Source of the DNA: Asterias rubens
Lineage: Eukaryota
NCBI RefSeq assembly: GCF_902459465.1
Contig: NC_047076.1
Location: 5,642,001-5,706,000, forward strand
Length of the DNA stretch: 64,000 nt
Reading direction: 5' to 3'
Below, piece by piece: positions 61,201-64,000 of this stretch. Under the pieces are notes generated by a model that searched no databases, was not told the origin of the DNA, and worked only from the letters and a program-made list of their open reading frames with translations. The position numbers and the translations under genes were made by a program. Position 1 is the stretch's first letter, and each line of letters begins with the position of its first letter.

Positions 61201-61491
61201 TTAAGAATAATCAAAATAGCTTCTTATATACATGTACCCCTAATATCCGTCACTCAGTGACGCTCAAGGCACGTAAACATTCAGTGTTTTCCTGCAAGGT
61301 ATGTGGGATAACGTTTTTGAATTATGAGACCAAGGCCTATTCGCACCATGTTATGGTTTACAAGGTGCTGCGGCACAATACGCAGCCAATCATACCAGGA
61401 ACACGGTGAGTGCACTGGGTTCTTTTACATGCATTACACAACACGGGGAACTAACGGTTTTATGTGCCATGCGAAGAACGAAGCTTCATGG

Positions 61492-61831
61492 TTAAAGGAA
61501 CACGTTGCCTTGGATCAGTCGAGTTGGTCTTTGAAAAGTGTTTCTAACCGTTTGTTTTAAAATGCACATGATTAAAAAAATTATTTTAAAAGTAGAATAT
61601 AATAATCCACACAAGTATCACTCGACATTGCCCGGTTTTCCTTTTACTACTAACACGGTCGGCCATTTGTAGTTCATAAAGTCAAAGGAAAACCATGCAA
61701 TTTCGAGGCAAATTTGTGTGGATCATTATATTCTACTTTTAAATCATCTTTTTAACCAATGCATTTTATAACAAACGGTTACAAACGCTTTTCAAAGACC
61801 AACTTGACCGATCAAAGGCAACGTGTTCCTT
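61492..61831. mobile_element. Foldback MITE with about 150-bp inverted arms
   Basis: AAGGAACACGTTGCCTT(G/T)GATC...GTTGGTCTTTGAAAAG at both ends in inverted orientation. Confidence 0.82.
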
Positions 61832-62089
61832 CGTGTGTCTTGCTCAAGGACACAGGTGTCACGACTGGGACTCGAACCCATACTCTGCTGGTCAGAAACA
61901 CTTAGAGTTTGAGGAGTCTTGTGCTCTTGGGTGTACTCTCATTACAGTGGTCACAGAAATATGAAATCTAGTTTTCGGAAAAGTTTTTGCGATCTTTAAT
62001 AATGCAAAAGTTGGTAATTGAGAATATCGTTACTGAATTATCAGTCAAAATCTAGTTTTCTGAATTTGTTTGTGACATTTAACATTTTA

Positions 62090-62753
62090 TATTTGGTTTG
62101 CGGTAACACTATGTGTGTATCTACTTGCCAGGTAGAGTTTGTTCTTATAGAACTGCTTAATTCTACTACCGCAGAGTAGATTGTTCGGGTAGCCTTGATC
62201 AAGGCGCTCCAGCCAGCCGCGACCTGCAAAATCCCAGTCCCCATCACTGAATTCCGCCAGCGCACCCCCCATACATAACACAAAGCGTGCATATAATACG
62301 TGTACAGCGTATGTACACATACGTACTGTACATGTACATGTACCATCTTTACGGTACACGTACGGTACATGAGTACTTTCTAAGTAGCACAAGGTTGAAG
62401 ACGAGGTACTCATGACTACGCTATACTGTTCTCGCTGTACAATGTACTGCACATACAATGTATACGTTGTTCGTGTATACACTGCGTGCAGTTTTTGTTG
62501 CCGAATCGTGCCGCGCACCGGGCCGGGGCGCACTATGCCAACAGCCTTGAATCAAGGCTAGTGTACAGGAGACTTCTCAGTTCTGAAAAGAACTGTCCTG
62601 CTTAAATTAACTATTACCTGGGCGGATGGTAAATAAATAGGCTGGGACTACTACTTTAGCTTATAGGATCGTAATTAACTGTACTACCCCAGAGTCAGTT
62701 CTTGGGTTGGTCTCAGCGTTTCAACTAGCTTGCTCTGGTCATCGTCAGGAGAC
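62090..62753 (-). mobile_element. Longest copy of the hammerhead-headed Penelope-like non-autonomous element, interrupted by a MITE at 62190-62560
   Basis: On the minus strand: hammerhead-like motif at 62710-62753, then GTTCTTTTCAGAAC, then 3' end GTGTTACCGCAAACCAAATATA. The insert has TIR TAGCCTTGAT(T)CAAGGC. Confidence 0.68.
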
Positions 62754-63398
62754 ATTTTACATGCTGAACTTTGTTATTTGGAATAAACAATGTTACTGAC
62801 TTACCAGTGACAAATTATATTAGGGATGCCCTTTTAAAGTACATTTTATATTTTTTCTGATTTTTATTTTGTGACCTTTAACATGTTGAACTTCGTTTTA
62901 GGAATAAGACAGTTACAATTACCGTAACAAAATCCAATGGTGACTCAATTACATTGATCACTGAAATTTAGTTTTAAAAGCTTTTTCTGACCTTTAGGCC
63001 GGTGATGCTGAACTTTGTTTTAAGAAACACAACAATGTGACTAAATCACCAGTCACAAAATCAACGGTGACTCACGATACATTGATCACTAAAATCTAAT
63101 GTTCTGAAGTTGTTGAAATTTTAACCAGCATCTATTATGCAAATTTACGCACACTCATGCTGTGCCATTGAAAAACTAATGGTACTTCCTAACAAACAGT
63201 CATCAGTGCTGAATCACTGCTATTACAGATAGCTTCTACACAAAAAATGTACCAGTATGTGGACGCAGTTGCAGGCATCAGTTGGGTCTGAATTTTCACA
63301 CACACTAAAACATGTACCAGCATACTATTAAAGATAGATTATAAACGAGGCCTGTCTTCACGATCATAGAATTGCCCTTCTATGACAAAACAGCCTAC

Positions 63399-63582
63399 AG
63401 CCCGGTTCATACTTCCTGCGAATGCGATGCAAATTTGATGTGAATTTGACGTCACAACTCCTCTTTCGCTGCGATATTCGCAAGAGAGTCGAGTACAACT
63501 CAACTCAGCGCGAATTTTGTTGCAAATTTGTGACGTCAACATTCCTATCGCAATCGCATTCGCAGAAAGTATGAACGGGGCT
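63399..63582. mobile_element. MITE with about 30-bp TIR
   Basis: GCCCGGTTCATACTTCCTGCGAATGCGAT / ATCGCATTCGCAGAAAGTATGAACGGGGC. Confidence 0.75.
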
Positions 63583-63864
63583 TTACTCAACCATTTGAAT
63601 CTGAGAAGCGTGTGTATTTGTATAGTAGTTTGTTTATTTCTTTTGTTTCCCTTTGTTCCCTCTATTGCTTATTTTTATTTATTATTTTTTTTTTTCAGTG
63701 CGCTTTGAGCGCACAATAATAAATAATCCCTATTACTATTATTATTATTTTGCTCTGGATTTTTGGCAATGTCTCATAAACAAGATCACCTTTCGAAATG
63801 AAATTTTCACATTTAAATTTTAGTGAATATTATATACATTTTATAGGATCAAAACAAGTAAGAC

Positions 63865-64000
63865 ACTGCTCTAGAATTGCAAGGGTCGTGGGTTCGAACC
63901 CCACCCGAGTAACATGCCTGTGATATTTTTCCACAGGACTCGGGAAAGTACTGAGTATACAGTGCTAACACACATCGGTGTATGGGTAAAAACCAAAAAT
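63865..64000 (+). mobile_element. tRNA-like-containing repeat, same family as 6626-6857, running off the window end
   Basis: B-box GGTTCGAACCCC followed by ACAGGACTCGG...AGTACTGAGTATACAGTGCTAACACACATCGGTG, the reverse complement of about 6630-6710. Confidence 0.7.

Overview
AT-rich animal genomic DNA with spliceosomal GT-AG introns. It is inferred to be an invertebrate deuterostome, probably a sea star; this rests on protein divergence and recalled MITE families and is unverified. Seven protein-coding genes were reconstructed by hand with phase-consistent splice junctions: EXOG (minus, first 2 exons only), AVL9 (minus, 14 exons, 765 aa), PGAP3 (plus, 7 exons, 335 aa), CFAP210/CCDC173 (minus, 6 exons, 560 aa), PHOSPHO2-like (plus, one coding exon, 252 aa), ANKZF1/Vms1 (plus, 14 exons, 862 codons, one in-frame TAA) and IDI1 (minus, last 2 exons only). 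Introns are packed with TTAA-flanked T2/Kolobok-like MITEs, GGGCCC-ended MITEs, two hAT elements with perfect 8-bp target duplications, tRNA-derived SINEs and foldback palindromes. Four observations stand out. (1) A small non-coding retroelement family at four loci, three of which retain a minimal type-I hammerhead-ribozyme-like motif of the Penelope-associated kind. (2) A single nonsense codon in an otherwise intact ANKZF1. (3) A head-to-head CFAP210-PHOSPHO2 pair that matches the arrangement I recall in human. (4) Several long perfect hairpins. No CRISPR array, rRNA or intact tRNA gene was found. Nearly all short ORFs in the supplied track are spurious or are pieces of these exons.
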